Below are positions 49,234 to 59,534 of a stretch of DNA of 64,000 nt, piece by piece. The stretch lies in assembly GCA_964593375.1 (NCBI GenBank), contig CAZQIF010000001.1, forward strand, positions 6,405 to 70,404, written 5' to 3'. The stretch comes from an uncultured Candidatus Saccharibacteria bacterium. Its GTDB lineage: Bacteria > Patescibacteriota > Minisyncoccia > Phycocordibacterales > UBA918. The notes beneath the pieces are model-generated. The model had not been told where the DNA came from. It made no database searches and worked only from the letters and a program-made list of their open reading frames with translations. How positions within the stretch are numbered: position 1 is the stretch's first letter; each line of letters opens with the position of its first letter. The position numbers and the translations under genes were made by a program.

Positions 49234-52080
49234 ATGCATAAAAAATTTGACCACGAATCGATAGAAAAGAAATGGCAGAAGGAGTGGAAGGAACGTGGTC
49301 TCTATGACGTCGGTGAACGCGACCTCGCTAAGGAAAAAGAGTACGTACTCGTTGAATGGCCATATCCCTCTGGCAACCTCCATATTGGGCACTGGTTTGC
49401 CTTCGCGGTTGTCGACATCTATGTACGCACAAAACGCATGCAGGGAAAGCAGGTGCTTTTCCCGATGGGTTTTGATGCATTCGGCCTTCCAGCTGAAAAT
49501 GCTGCGATAAAGCGAAATCTCGACCCAAAGGCGTGGACATACGAGAACATGGCGTTCATGCGCTCACAGCTTGAGAGTATGGGAAATGCATTCTCGTGGG
49601 ACAAAACTACAAGCTCAACAGACCCTGAGTACTACAAGTGGACACAATGGATGTTTATCAAGTTTTTTGAGAACGATATTGCGTTTCGTGGAAAGGCAAC
49701 CGTGAACTGGTGCCCAGGGTGTAACACGGTGATTGCAAATGAACAGGTCTTGCCTGATAACACCTGTAACCGATCGGGGGATGTTATAGAGAAACGTGAT
49801 GCAGAACAGTGGATGCTTCGCATAACAAAGTACGCTGACAGGCTCATTGATTCACTCGACACACTTGATTGGCCAGAGCATATTAAGGAATCACAACTAC
49901 AGTGGATTGGGCGAAGTAAGGGTGCCGAACTGACGTTCCCACTTTCAACCGGCGATTCACTTACGGTTTTCACCACACGTCCTGACACACTTTTTGGGGC
50001 AACATATGTCGTGCTTGCTCCTGAACATGAGCTAGTTTTGAAAAACAAGGACTTGATAACAAACTGGATTGAAGTCGAGACATATATCAAAGAAGCGTCA
50101 CAGAAAGATGAGATTGACCGAACGAATGCGAATAAAGAAAAAACTGGTGTACAACTTCAGGGAATTACCGCAACAAACCCCGCAACAGGTGAAGAAATTC
50201 CAGTGTATATTGCCGATTATGTACTCAAAGGCTACGGAAGCGGTGCAATCATGGCAGTGCCGGCACACGATGAACGCGACTTTGCGTTTGCAACTAAGTT
50301 TGGTCTCAAAATTCAACAAGTTATTGCACCTCTATTCGTTGAAAAGCATAACCCACCAAAAGAAGGTCTTAAGGATGTAAGGAGAGATACTATTCTTGTC
50401 TTTCTGCGTGACACCGTTACTGACACATACGCTCTTCTTGACTGGCATAAAACACTTGAAGGTATTACCACAACCATCATGGGGGGTATTGAAGAAGGAG
50501 AAGATGTGCAGACAGCGGCACTTCGAGAAATTGCTGAGGAAAGCGGAATAACATCAGCACGTTTTGTTAAGGAATCACCATGGATTTCTGAAGCAAAGTA
50601 TTGTGCCTCACACAAAAATGAGAACCGGCATGCAATTGCAAAGGTATGTCTTTTTGAGGTTGATGGCGTTTCGCCGGAAATCAGTGTGGCAGAAAACGAA
50701 ACTGAAAATCATACGCTTCGATGGGTTCATCGAGATATGATTGAGAGTTCACTTACACCTCCGCACCAAAAGTTCTGCTGGAGAACAATACTTTCTGATT
50801 TTGCAATATCTGAAAGTGGTAATCTCATCAATTCAGGAGAGTTTACGGGAATGAATTCAGAGGAAGCTAAAATTGCAATCACAACGAAAGTTGGCGGTAA
50901 GCTTGCTAATACGTATCGTCTTCGTGATTGGTCTATCGGGCGACAGCGCTACTGGGGAGTTCCTATTCCTATTGTCTATGATCCAGAGGGGAAAGCACAC
51001 GCAATACCAAAGGAACATTTGCCATGGCATCTGCCAACCGATGTCGATTTTAAACCAACTGGTGAGGCACCACTCGCAAAGAGTCAGGAACTTAAAGAGC
51101 GAGTTAAGAGGATTTTTGGAAAGGGCTGGACACCTGAGGTTGAAACGATGGACACCTTCGTAGATTCTTCTTGGTACTTCTTCCGATACTTTGACAACCA
51201 CAATGAGCTCGAACTTTCATCAGTCGAAAAACAGAAAGAGTGGATGCCGATTGATATCTATTTTGGTGGTTCGGAACACAACACGATGCACCTTCTCTAT
51301 TCTCGCTTCTGGACTAAAGCACTTTACGATTTGGGTCTTTCAATCGTCGATGAGCCGTACGAGCACCGTATCAATCGTGGGTTGGTGCTTGGGCCCGATG
51401 GTAACAAAATGAGCAAGTCAAAAGGGAACGTTATTGACCCAGACGAGCAGGTGAAACGACTTGGTGCTGATACGGTCAAAATGTACCTTGCATTCATGGG
51501 CCCATACGGTGAGATGGCAAACTATCCATGGGACATGGGCGGAATTGTTGGTCTCCGACGATTTCTTGAACGCGTCTACGGACTTCAAGACCACGTTATT
51601 GAAGCAGAGCCACTTCTGACATCTCAATTACTCCACCGCACCCTTCAAAAACTCAAAAGTGATATCAATGCCTACAAATTTAATACGGCAATCAGTGCGC
51701 TTATGATTTTTGTAAACACTGCAGAAAAATCTGGACTTACTAAAGAAAGCTACCAAATATTTCTCAAGCTTCTTGCCCCATTCGCACCACACCTTGCTGA
51801 TGAACTTTGGCATGAAGTGGGGAATGAACATTCAGTCCATGAGGAAGCCTTTCCAGAAGCGGATTCAGAGCTTGCGCGAGTGGATGAAGCAACCATTGGT
51901 GTGCAGGTGAATGGAAAGATGAGAGGTTCTATCACAATTTCGAGTAATGCAACCGAGGAAGAGGCAGTGAAAGTCGCACTCAAGAACACTGCCATTAGTG
52001 AACGTGTGGGGAAGGGTATAACAAAGGTTATCTATAAGCAGGAGAGAATCCTTAATCTCATCGTATCCGAGTCAAGCTAG
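49234..52080 (+). CDS. leuS: Leucine--tRNA ligase with inserted Nudix domain
   Basis: PYPSGNLHIGH, FTTRPDT editing domain, RDWSIGRQRYWG, KMSKS; Nudix box GGIEEGEDVQTAALREIAEESG. Confidence 0.97.
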   Translation: MHKKFDHESIEKKWQKEWKERGLYDVGERDLAKEKEYVLVEWPYPSGNLHIGHWFAFAVVDIYVRTKRMQGKQVLFPMGFDAFGLPAENAAIKRNLDPKAWTYENMAFMRSQLESMGNAFSWDKTTSSTDPEYYKWTQWMFIKFFENDIAFRGKATVNWCPGCNTVIANEQVLPDNTCNRSGDVIEKRDAEQWMLRITKYADRLIDSLDTLDWPEHIKESQLQWIGRSKGAELTFPLSTGDSLTVFTTRPDTLFGATYVVLAPEHELVLKNKDLITNWIEVETYIKEASQKDEIDRTNANKEKTGVQLQGITATNPATGEEIPVYIADYVLKGYGSGAIMAVPAHDERDFAFATKFGLKIQQVIAPLFVEKHNPPKEGLKDVRRDTILVFLRDTVTDTYALLDWHKTLEGITTTIMGGIEEGEDVQTAALREIAEESGITSARFVKESPWISEAKYCASHKNENRHAIAKVCLFEVDGVSPEISVAENETENHTLRWVHRDMIESSLTPPHQKFCWRTILSDFAISESGNLINSGEFTGMNSEEAKIAITTKVGGKLANTYRLRDWSIGRQRYWGVPIPIVYDPEGKAHAIPKEHLPWHLPTDVDFKPTGEAPLAKSQELKERVKRIFGKGWTPEVETMDTFVDSSWYFFRYFDNHNELELSSVEKQKEWMPIDIYFGGSEHNTMHLLYSRFWTKALYDLGLSIVDEPYEHRINRGLVLGPDGNKMSKSKGNVIDPDEQVKRLGADTVKMYLAFMGPYGEMANYPWDMGGIVGLRRFLERVYGLQDHVIEAEPLLTSQLLHRTLQKLKSDINAYKFNTAISALMIFVNTAEKSGLTKESYQIFLKLLAPFAPHLADELWHEVGNEHSVHEEAFPEADSELARVDEATIGVQVNGKMRGSITISSNATEEEAVKVALKNTAISERVGKGITKVIYKQERILNLIVSESS

Positions 52081-52167
52081 GTTACTTGACGACTGTACTT
52101 TATCGTGATAAAAAGGTGTTACATTTACATAAATATTAGGTGATATCAAAGGAAAACCGAAATTACT

Positions 52168-53193
52168 ATGATTACATTTAAACCAAAAGTCGTCACAAAG
52201 AAGCTGCTCTCAGTCCTTCCTGACCGAGCGCGCGATGTACTTAAAAAGCGATATGGACTCGGAGATTCTTCAGAAACTCAAACTCTTGAGTCAATCGGTT
52301 CTACCTACGGCATCACCCGTGAGCGTGTACGTCAGATTGAAAACTATGGCATCCAGAGTATTCAAAAATCTGAAGTATACAAAGAATTCAAGTTAGTTTT
52401 TGATGAAATTCATGCTCAAGTTGAGGCACTCGGATGTGTGGTAAACGAGGAGGAACTTCTTAGTGAGCTTTCTACTGACCCTACCGTTCGCAACCACATG
52501 TACTTCCTCCTCGTCATTGGTAGTCCATTTTTCCGCAGTCGAGAGGACGCATATTTTACCCATCGCTGGTATATCGAGAAGAAAATTGCCGACAAGGTTG
52601 AAACTGCACTTAAAAATATTTTCGAGTCACTTCAGGAAGAAGAACTTATTCCAGAAGAAGATATTATTGCTCGCCTTAAAGACCACGTTATTGATCTTGA
52701 AGAACGTTACCATGATGACAAGATTCTTCGAAGGTGGCTCGCTATTTCTAAGGAGATTGACCGTAACCCACTTGGCGAATGGGGTCTCGCTTCAAGTCAC
52801 AATGTACGCGCGAAAGGAATCCGTGACTATGCGTACCTTGCAGTGAAGCGTCACGGTTCTCCTATGCACTTTAAAGAGGTTGCGGAGTCAATTCAGCGAC
52901 TTTTCAGCAAGAAAGCACACATTGCCACTACTCACAACGAACTCATCAAAGATAAGCGTTTTGTTCTCGTCGGCAGGGGACTTTATGCACTCACCGAATG
53001 GGGTTACTCAGCGGGAGTTGTAAAGGATGTCGTACGAGAAATTTTGAAACGCTCTGGCCCACTCACGCGTGAAGAAATTATTGATAAAGTTCGTAAAGAG
53101 CGATATGTAAAAGACAATACGATTATCGTCAATTTACAGGATACGACACTGTTCAAGAAACTTCCTGACGGAAACTATATTGTTATCGAATAA
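52168..53193 (+). CDS. Sigma-70 region-4 HTH fused to winged-helix (RNAP delta/HARE-HTH-like) domains
   Basis: RYGL...TLESIGSTYGITRERVRQIE; PMHFKEVA...FVLVGRGLYALTEWG. Confidence 0.8.
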   Translation: MITFKPKVVTKKLLSVLPDRARDVLKKRYGLGDSSETQTLESIGSTYGITRERVRQIENYGIQSIQKSEVYKEFKLVFDEIHAQVEALGCVVNEEELLSELSTDPTVRNHMYFLLVIGSPFFRSREDAYFTHRWYIEKKIADKVETALKNIFESLQEEELIPEEDIIARLKDHVIDLEERYHDDKILRRWLAISKEIDRNPLGEWGLASSHNVRAKGIRDYAYLAVKRHGSPMHFKEVAESIQRLFSKKAHIATTHNELIKDKRFVLVGRGLYALTEWGYSAGVVKDVVREILKRSGPLTREEIIDKVRKERYVKDNTIIVNLQDTTLFKKLPDGNYIVIE

Positions 53194-53206
53194 TCTATCT
53201 GTGCAT

Positions 53207-53242
53207 AAACCCCGAGAAAGGCTGCGCCTTTCTCGGGGTTTT
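53207..53242 (+). terminator. Intrinsic terminator
   Basis: AAACCCCGAGAAAGG...CCTTTCTCGGGGTTTT. Confidence 0.8.
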
Positions 53243-53271
53243 GCGTTAGAATATATCTATACACAGAACAT

Positions 53272-54609
53272 ATGAAAACGCCGATTGAATTCGTCGAAGG
53301 TTTCGGAGTGAATGCTGCGTGGATTTTTGTAGCACTTGGACTCGGGCTTTTTTATGTTGTCTTTACGTTTATTGAAGTCCCTTCATGGGAAGTCTTTAAT
53401 TGGATGTTTATCACTGCTCCCGTCTGGCTCCCCGTGATTACGTTTTACCTTTTGCACGAATACTGGCTCTATTTCGTGCGCAAGCAGTTTGATATTGCAC
53501 AAGGAAGAGTGACGCTCGAAATAAAGTTACCTCAGGAAGTATTTAAATCCCCAGAGGCTATGGAACTCGTGCTCATTCAAATGCACCAAACAGCTGCACC
53601 CGATAACCACACCCAAACATATTGGGACGGAAAACATCCACCCGTATATGGTCTTGAGCTTGTTTCAAGAGGGGGTGATGTTCGCTTCTATATCAGTGTC
53701 CCACGCAAGAAGTTTAAAAATATTGTTGAGACACAGCTGTATGCGCAATACCCTGGGGTTGAAGTACATGAGCTTGATATAGACTACACTGCAGAAGTGC
53801 CGTGGGACACGAGCAAGTTTTCCTATTTTTCACTCCATTTTGGACCCAAGAAGGCTGACGCGTACCCAATAAAAACATATCTCGATTACGAACTCGATAA
53901 GATGCCAAAAGAAGAAGAAAAAGTTGATCCAATTAGCTCAATGCTTGAAGCTCTTGGGAGCATAAAACAGGGTGAATACTTGTGGGTACAAATTCTTATC
54001 AGTGCACACCGAGAAGAGAACTTCAAAGTTGGTGCAATCGGGACTCACCCAGATTGGAAAGATGAAGCAAAAGCAGAAATTAAAAGAATTATTGAAAATG
54101 CAAATAAGCGTGTAGGAATTGATCCAAAAAAAGACAAAACGAAGACGCTCACGATGATGAACGTTTCAGATGCTGAAAAGGAAACCATTAAATCGATTGA
54201 GAGAAGCATCGGCAAGAATGCTTACAATACGGCTATTCGTGGCATGTACATAGGCAAAAATGAAGCCTATCTTCCAGGAGAGCGCATCGGTGCGCTCATT
54301 ACCGGTTGGCGCTCTTTTGATGATCTCAACCGCAATGCAATCGGCGTGAAGTGGCGTACGGACTTCGACTGGAATTGGTGGCAAGACCCGAGAGATAAGC
54401 GAAAGACTGCACTCAAGAAACAAGAGCTCGATGAATACAAACGCCGTGTGTACACAAACCACAATAGCAATGATAAAAAGAAAGTGATGACCACTGAAGA
54501 GCTCGCGACGATTTTCCATCTCCCTGGAAAGGTCATTAACACCCCATCGCTTGGTCGCCTGCAATCAAAGCGTGGTGAACCACCCGTTAATCTCCCTATC
54601 AGTGGGTAG
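53272..54609 (+). CDS. Conserved CPR membrane-anchored hypothetical protein
   Basis: LEIKLPQEV.KSPEAME, IYAQYP-like motif, YPIKTY, EELATIFHLP. Confidence 0.8.
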   Translation: MKTPIEFVEGFGVNAAWIFVALGLGLFYVVFTFIEVPSWEVFNWMFITAPVWLPVITFYLLHEYWLYFVRKQFDIAQGRVTLEIKLPQEVFKSPEAMELVLIQMHQTAAPDNHTQTYWDGKHPPVYGLELVSRGGDVRFYISVPRKKFKNIVETQLYAQYPGVEVHELDIDYTAEVPWDTSKFSYFSLHFGPKKADAYPIKTYLDYELDKMPKEEEKVDPISSMLEALGSIKQGEYLWVQILISAHREENFKVGAIGTHPDWKDEAKAEIKRIIENANKRVGIDPKKDKTKTLTMMNVSDAEKETIKSIERSIGKNAYNTAIRGMYIGKNEAYLPGERIGALITGWRSFDDLNRNAIGVKWRTDFDWNWWQDPRDKRKTALKKQELDEYKRRVYTNHNSNDKKKVMTTEELATIFHLPGKVINTPSLGRLQSKRGEPPVNLPISG

Positions 54610-54610
54610 T

Positions 54611-55606
54611 ATGCAACCTCTCATACTTGAACCTGACGATGTTCTCACAAGCAAGTCTATTGTTGGACGAACTTTTCTTTTCATTGTTCTCATTGTTATT
54701 GTTGGCTTAGTCGTAGTCCTCTTTTCTTGGTTTCGAACCCTAGAAGAACCTCCAGAACTTTTTCCCGTTAATGTAGATATCACAATCCCCGAAGGGGCAA
54801 CTGTTTCTGCTGTTTCAGATCATTTCGACGAACTCGGACTCGTAACCTCAGGTTTTTACTTTTATCTAATTCTTGAATCAGATTTTAGTAATAATTTCAT
54901 TCAAGCAGGAACATATCGCTTTCCTCGACCTCTTACAGTCACTGAAATCAGTCAGGCAATTACTACCGGTGATTATTCTTCACCTCCGGTATCTGTGACC
55001 TTTCCAGAAGGTTTTAAAGTAAAAGATATGCTCCAATATCTTCCCGAGTCATATGACACCATCGACGTCGAAGTTTCTCAAGATAGAGAAGGGTATCTTT
55101 TCCCTGACACGTACTTTATTAAATCGGACACCACGTTTGCAGAACTGCTGGAGACGATGCGTGAAAATTTCGATGAAAAGATTAAACCACTTCAGACTCT
55201 TATCCTAGAATCTTCACTTTCGTTAGAAGAAATTATCACACTCGCATCAATCGTTGAACGCGAAGGAAATGACAAGGCTTCAATGGGAATGGTTGCGGGT
55301 ATTTTACAAAAACGACTTGAACTCGGGATGCCGCTACAGGTTGATGCTACACTTGATTATCTTTTAGGAAAAACGAGTGAGGAGCTGACTGGTGATGACC
55401 TCGAGATTGATTCACCTTTTAATACGTACTTGTACAAAGGCTTGCCCCCAGCGCCAATTTCTAATCCAGGTATTAACGCGATTATGGCAGTACTCGAACC
55501 AATTGATTCACCGTATCTCTACTACCTCACCGGAGATGACGGTGAGTTCTACTACGCGAAAACATTTGAGGAACATAAACAGAACAAGGCACGGTACCTG
55601 AGATAA
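54611..55606 (+). CDS. mltG: Endolytic transglycosylase MltG
   Basis: EGYLFPDTY, LASIVERE, LQVDAT, NTYLYKGLPPAPISNPG. Confidence 0.96.
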   Translation: MQPLILEPDDVLTSKSIVGRTFLFIVLIVIVGLVVVLFSWFRTLEEPPELFPVNVDITIPEGATVSAVSDHFDELGLVTSGFYFYLILESDFSNNFIQAGTYRFPRPLTVTEISQAITTGDYSSPPVSVTFPEGFKVKDMLQYLPESYDTIDVEVSQDREGYLFPDTYFIKSDTTFAELLETMRENFDEKIKPLQTLILESSLSLEEIITLASIVEREGNDKASMGMVAGILQKRLELGMPLQVDATLDYLLGKTSEELTGDDLEIDSPFNTYLYKGLPPAPISNPGINAIMAVLEPIDSPYLYYLTGDDGEFYYAKTFEEHKQNKARYLR

Positions 55607-55677
55607 ATTTAAAAACTAAAATTTAAAAACTAAAATTTTAGTTCATATTTATATTGTTATATGATACGTTTGATTTT

Positions 55678-56739
55678 ATGAAGAGAGAAACCGTATATGT
55701 AGGCCTATCGGGAGGCGTCGATTCTGCAGTGAGCGCAAAGCGTTTAATTGATGCGGGTCACAACGTTGTGGGCGTTTTTATAAAGGTGTGGCAACCTGAT
55801 TTTTTGTCGTGCAACTGGGAAGCAGAGCGCCTTGATGCGATGCGTGTTGCAGCACACCTCCAAATTCCGTTTCTCACCTTTGATGCTGTGGATGCTTATA
55901 AAAAAGAGGTGGCTGATTACATGATTTCTGAATATAAAGAGGGAAGAGTGCCAAACCCCGATGTGATGTGTAATCAACATGTAAAATTTGGTGCATTTCT
56001 CCAGTTTGCGCGGAGGAGCGGTGCAGATAAAGTTGCGACGGGACACTACGCACAGGTCAAAAAACAGGGTGACCGTTTTGTACTTCACCGTGGTGCCGAC
56101 CAAACAAAAGACCAAAGTTACTTTCTCTGGACACTCACGCAAGAACAACTTGCTCATATATATTTTCCTGTCGGAGATACTCTGAAGGTTCAGATTCGAA
56201 AAGAAGCAGAGCGTGCAGAGCTTCCCGTCTTTAATAAGCACGACAGTCAAGGAATTTGTTTCCTTGGTCAGGTTGATATCGAAGAATTTCTCTCACACTA
56301 TATTAAAACTGAAAAGGGTCGTGTCCTTGATGTCCAAGGAAATCATATTGGAACTCACCATGGAGCGGTCTACTACACACTTGGGCAACGACAAGGGTTT
56401 AGTATTTTCGTTGCGGGCACAGAGAGTAAAGCACACTATGTCGTTAAAAAGGATTTACATACAAACACCATAACCGTTGATACAAAACCGCGCGTGCTCA
56501 TTTCTTCAAAAGAAAAAATTATGTTGCGAAGCGTTAATCGAATTCAACCTTCGCTTGAGGGAATGTTAACGGCCGAATTTAGATACCGACAAAAACCTTT
56601 TCGAGTAGAAATAAGAGAAGAGAGTGATGATTATGTTATGCTTACAGTGCTTGATGAGGGAATTGAAATTCCTTCAGTCGGGCAATCATGTGTACTCTAT
56701 CGTGATGATGAGTGCATTCTAGGTGGAATCATTTCGTAA
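55678..56739 (+). CDS. mnmA: tRNA 2-thiouridylase MnmA
   Basis: SGGVDS, PNPDVMCN, ATGHYA, KDQSYFL, SQGICF, YTLGQR. Confidence 0.97.
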   Translation: MKRETVYVGLSGGVDSAVSAKRLIDAGHNVVGVFIKVWQPDFLSCNWEAERLDAMRVAAHLQIPFLTFDAVDAYKKEVADYMISEYKEGRVPNPDVMCNQHVKFGAFLQFARRSGADKVATGHYAQVKKQGDRFVLHRGADQTKDQSYFLWTLTQEQLAHIYFPVGDTLKVQIRKEAERAELPVFNKHDSQGICFLGQVDIEEFLSHYIKTEKGRVLDVQGNHIGTHHGAVYYTLGQRQGFSIFVAGTESKAHYVVKKDLHTNTITVDTKPRVLISSKEKIMLRSVNRIQPSLEGMLTAEFRYRQKPFRVEIREESDDYVMLTVLDEGIEIPSVGQSCVLYRDDECILGGIIS

Positions 56740-56897
56740 AAACATCTGCCTGCGGTACCCCGCAGTAAGCTCTTGGGGCATTACGGGGGCAGAACCAGGT
56801 GTTTGTTCTAGCAGAAGAATCGTCCGCCGACGATGCATATTAATGTCGCATTCATCCTCGAGGCAGAGCCCCGAGGCATTCTGCGACGAACTAGTAA
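56740..56897 (-). repeat. Structured dispersed element, copy 3
   Basis: Reverse complement is colinear with copy 1 over 158 bp. Confidence 0.85.
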
Positions 56898-56902
56898 TAA
56901 TC

Positions 56903-57730
56903 ATGAAAATAACTAAAGCAGACGGAACACAAGAGGAATTTAAAACACAAAAGTTACGCTCATCACTCAAACGTGCTGGTGCTGGAAACAATGAAGTCAA
57001 TCGCATCGTTGCGCAAATTGAATCAACACTTACTGACGGAGCACATACGCAAGAAATTTATCGAAAAGCATTTGATTTACTTCGTGAGAGCAACGATCCA
57101 GTTGCAGCAAAGTACTCTCTACGTAGGGCAATATATGGACTTGGTCCAACCGGTTTTCCGTTTGAAGATTATCTGGCACGACTTTTTGAAATCGAAGGTC
57201 ACCGAACACGAAAGCGTCTTATTCTGAAGGGACACTGTGCAACACATGAGGTGGATTTAGCAGTGTACACACCAACCGAAACCTTTGTTGCTGAAGCAAA
57301 ATTTCATATGCAACCAGGTATCAAATCTGACTTGCAAGTAGTCATGTACTCATACGCGCGATTCCTTGATTTACGTTCACGACCCGTCGCACGAGACGAT
57401 AAATTTGGAATTTCTTCACTCTACATTATTACCAACACAAAGTTTACACAAGCTGCGATTAAATATGCTGATTGTGTAGGTATCAAACTCATTAGTTGGG
57501 ATTATCCAAGAGTTGATTCACTCCAAGCGCGTATTGAACGAGCAGGTGTATACCCCATTACTGTGCTCACACGTTTGCCTCTTGCGCAGAAGCGTCGCCT
57601 CATTGAAATGGGAGTCATTCTCTGTGTTGATTTAGTTAAAAACCCCAGTATCTTGCATCTTATGGGCCTTTCGAATATAAAAATTGACTCAATTATTGGT
57701 GAGGCATCGATGCTTTGTGGCTCAAAATAA
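56903..57730 (+). CDS. ATP-cone domain fused to a Mrr-like PD-(D/E)XK nuclease domain
   Basis: ITKADGTQEEF...KLRSSL; FPFE...HEVD...EAKFH; LISWDYP. Confidence 0.85.
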   Translation: MKITKADGTQEEFKTQKLRSSLKRAGAGNNEVNRIVAQIESTLTDGAHTQEIYRKAFDLLRESNDPVAAKYSLRRAIYGLGPTGFPFEDYLARLFEIEGHRTRKRLILKGHCATHEVDLAVYTPTETFVAEAKFHMQPGIKSDLQVVMYSYARFLDLRSRPVARDDKFGISSLYIITNTKFTQAAIKYADCVGIKLISWDYPRVDSLQARIERAGVYPITVLTRLPLAQKRRLIEMGVILCVDLVKNPSILHLMGLSNIKIDSIIGEASMLCGSK

Positions 57731-57844
57731 GGAAATTGACACTTTTAGCCATTTAATGCCGTAATACTGTGGCCTTCACACGTGCTAAAAAATGCGTGTT
57801 ATAATCGCCGAGATATTATAGGAGTTAGCAGAGTTAAGCATAAT

Positions 57845-58402
57845 ATGTCAGAAACAGAAAAGCAGGAGGGACAAAAAACAGTAGTAGCGTTTATCGCAGG
57901 TCTTCTTATTGGCGGACTGCTCGTCTGGGTATTTTCATCAACACCAACAGACAAGTCAGTCGAGAAAGCAGTCGAAACAGACAATACTACAGAGACAGCA
58001 AAGACAGACAATACCCCAAAGACTGCTCCTGTAGAAGTTAAAAAGGATGTAGTAACAACACCAGAACCTAAAGTTAGCACCATCAAAGCAGGTGATGCAA
58101 CACTCAAGGCAGATGATCAGGTCGCTGGAAAAGTTGTAACCATAGCGGAATCAAAGTATCCAGCAGAGGCAGGGTGGGTTGTAGTTCGTGATTACACCGA
58201 TGGCGTAGCAGGGTGGGTTCTCGGGGCAGCACGATTCAATACTGAGGAAGGACTTACTCCAACAGCCGTAAACCTACTTCGTGACACTGTAGCAGGAAAC
58301 AGCTATCAGGTTGTGTACTACAGCGACAATGGCGATAAGGTTTTCGATTTAGGAGATGACCTCGTTATCGATGGTGTTTCAGCTTCATTCAAGGCTAAAT
58401 AA
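57845..58402 (+). CDS. Membrane-anchored exported hypothetical protein
   Basis: TM, Thr/Glu/Lys linker, GWVVV...LGAARF...DNGDKVFD domain. Confidence 0.8.
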   Translation: MSETEKQEGQKTVVAFIAGLLIGGLLVWVFSSTPTDKSVEKAVETDNTTETAKTDNTPKTAPVEVKKDVVTTPEPKVSTIKAGDATLKADDQVAGKVVTIAESKYPAEAGWVVVRDYTDGVAGWVLGAARFNTEEGLTPTAVNLLRDTVAGNSYQVVYYSDNGDKVFDLGDDLVIDGVSASFKAK

Positions 58403-58483
58403 TCAACGATTTTACTACAAAAATGCTCCATATTGGGGCTTTTTTGTATTTACTAACACGTGTGATGATATACTATCCTGAAT

Positions 58484-59266
58484 ATGGCTGAATACATAAA
58501 AAAATACAACCCAACACGCTCTTCTGAGTGGAATTACGGTGGTCCAAAATGGAAGCTTTCACGCTCAAAAATTGATTTATTCATAGAATGTCCACGATGC
58601 TTTTATCTCGATAACAAACTCGGCACGAAACGTCCGAGTATGCCATCCTTTAATCTCAACATTGCGGTTGATACACTTTTTAAAAAAGAGTTTGATGTAC
58701 ATCGCAATAACAAAACACGCCATCCAATTATGGAGGAATATAACATCGATGCGCTTCCACTCGTACATAATGACTTAGATATATGGCGTGACCCGTTTGT
58801 CGGCGTTACCCACTTGCATACACAAACAGGACTACTTGTTTCGGGAGGTGTTGATGATATCTGGGAAGCGAGTGATGGTTCACTTATTGTTGTTGACTAC
58901 AAAGCAACCTCAAAAAGCGAGCGCATCGTGACACTCAGTGATTCACCATGGGAAAGCCAGTATCGAAGACAGATTGGAGTGTACCAATGGCTTCTCAAAC
59001 AAAACGGTTTCAAAGTTTCAAATACAGGGTACTTTGTGTACGCAAACGGAAGCACTGATGTGGGTGGCTTTAATAACACGCTCACGTTTGAAACCACACT
59101 CGTACCCTGTGAAGGAGAGACAGATTGGATAGAGCCTACACTTCTTGAAATTAAAAAATGCCTCGAGAGCGACATCTTCCCAAAAAGCGGAGAAACATGT
59201 GAATTCTGCCCATACCGTGAGGCATGTGGAAAAAAGCTACAAGCAATTCATAATGGTAAAAAATAA
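58484..59266 (+). CDS. PD-(D/E)XK nuclease (RecB/AddB/Cas4-like)
   Basis: LSRSKI..F.ECPRCFY, GGVDD, VVDYK, Q..VY, C.FCPY...C. Confidence 0.9.
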   Translation: MAEYIKKYNPTRSSEWNYGGPKWKLSRSKIDLFIECPRCFYLDNKLGTKRPSMPSFNLNIAVDTLFKKEFDVHRNNKTRHPIMEEYNIDALPLVHNDLDIWRDPFVGVTHLHTQTGLLVSGGVDDIWEASDGSLIVVDYKATSKSERIVTLSDSPWESQYRRQIGVYQWLLKQNGFKVSNTGYFVYANGSTDVGGFNNTLTFETTLVPCEGETDWIEPTLLEIKKCLESDIFPKSGETCEFCPYREACGKKLQAIHNGKK

Positions 59267-59531
59267 AGCTTTACAATTGATTTTTACCGAATCGGTCAAG
59301 GCAGTGGTACGCTCGATTCCAAAGGGTAGCACGCTCTCGTACTGTGATGTCGCCAAGCGCGCTGGGAATCCAAGGGCAGCACGTGCAGTTGCACGCATTA
59401 TGGCAGGAAATTATGACCCCTCCATACCATGTCACCGCGTTATACGAAGTGATGGTACAATGGGCGGGTATAATAGAGGAGGCGCAGAAGTGAAAAAAGA
59501 AAAATTAAAAAAGGAAAAATTTAATATATAA
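59253..59531 (+). CDS. MGMT family protein (methylated-DNA-protein-cysteine methyltransferase, C-terminal domain only)
   Basis: IPKG..LSY..VA..AGNPRAARAV, IPCHRVIRSDG..GGY. Confidence 0.9.
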   Translation: MVKNKALQLIFTESVKAVVRSIPKGSTLSYCDVAKRAGNPRAARAVARIMAGNYDPSIPCHRVIRSDGTMGGYNRGGAEVKKEKLKKEKFNI

Positions 59532-59534
59532 ATT

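Noticed and set aside
55604-55640. 14-bp tandem duplication (AAATTTAAAAACTA x2)
   Set aside because: Low-complexity AT-rich duplication with no further support.
56723-56902. N-terminal extension of the ATP-cone ORF
   Set aside because: It is translation through the repeat element; the ATP-cone begins at ATG 56903.
58484-59266. CRISPR-associated Cas4 or a CRISPR locus
   Set aside because: No cas1/cas2 and no regularly spaced repeat array anywhere in the window.
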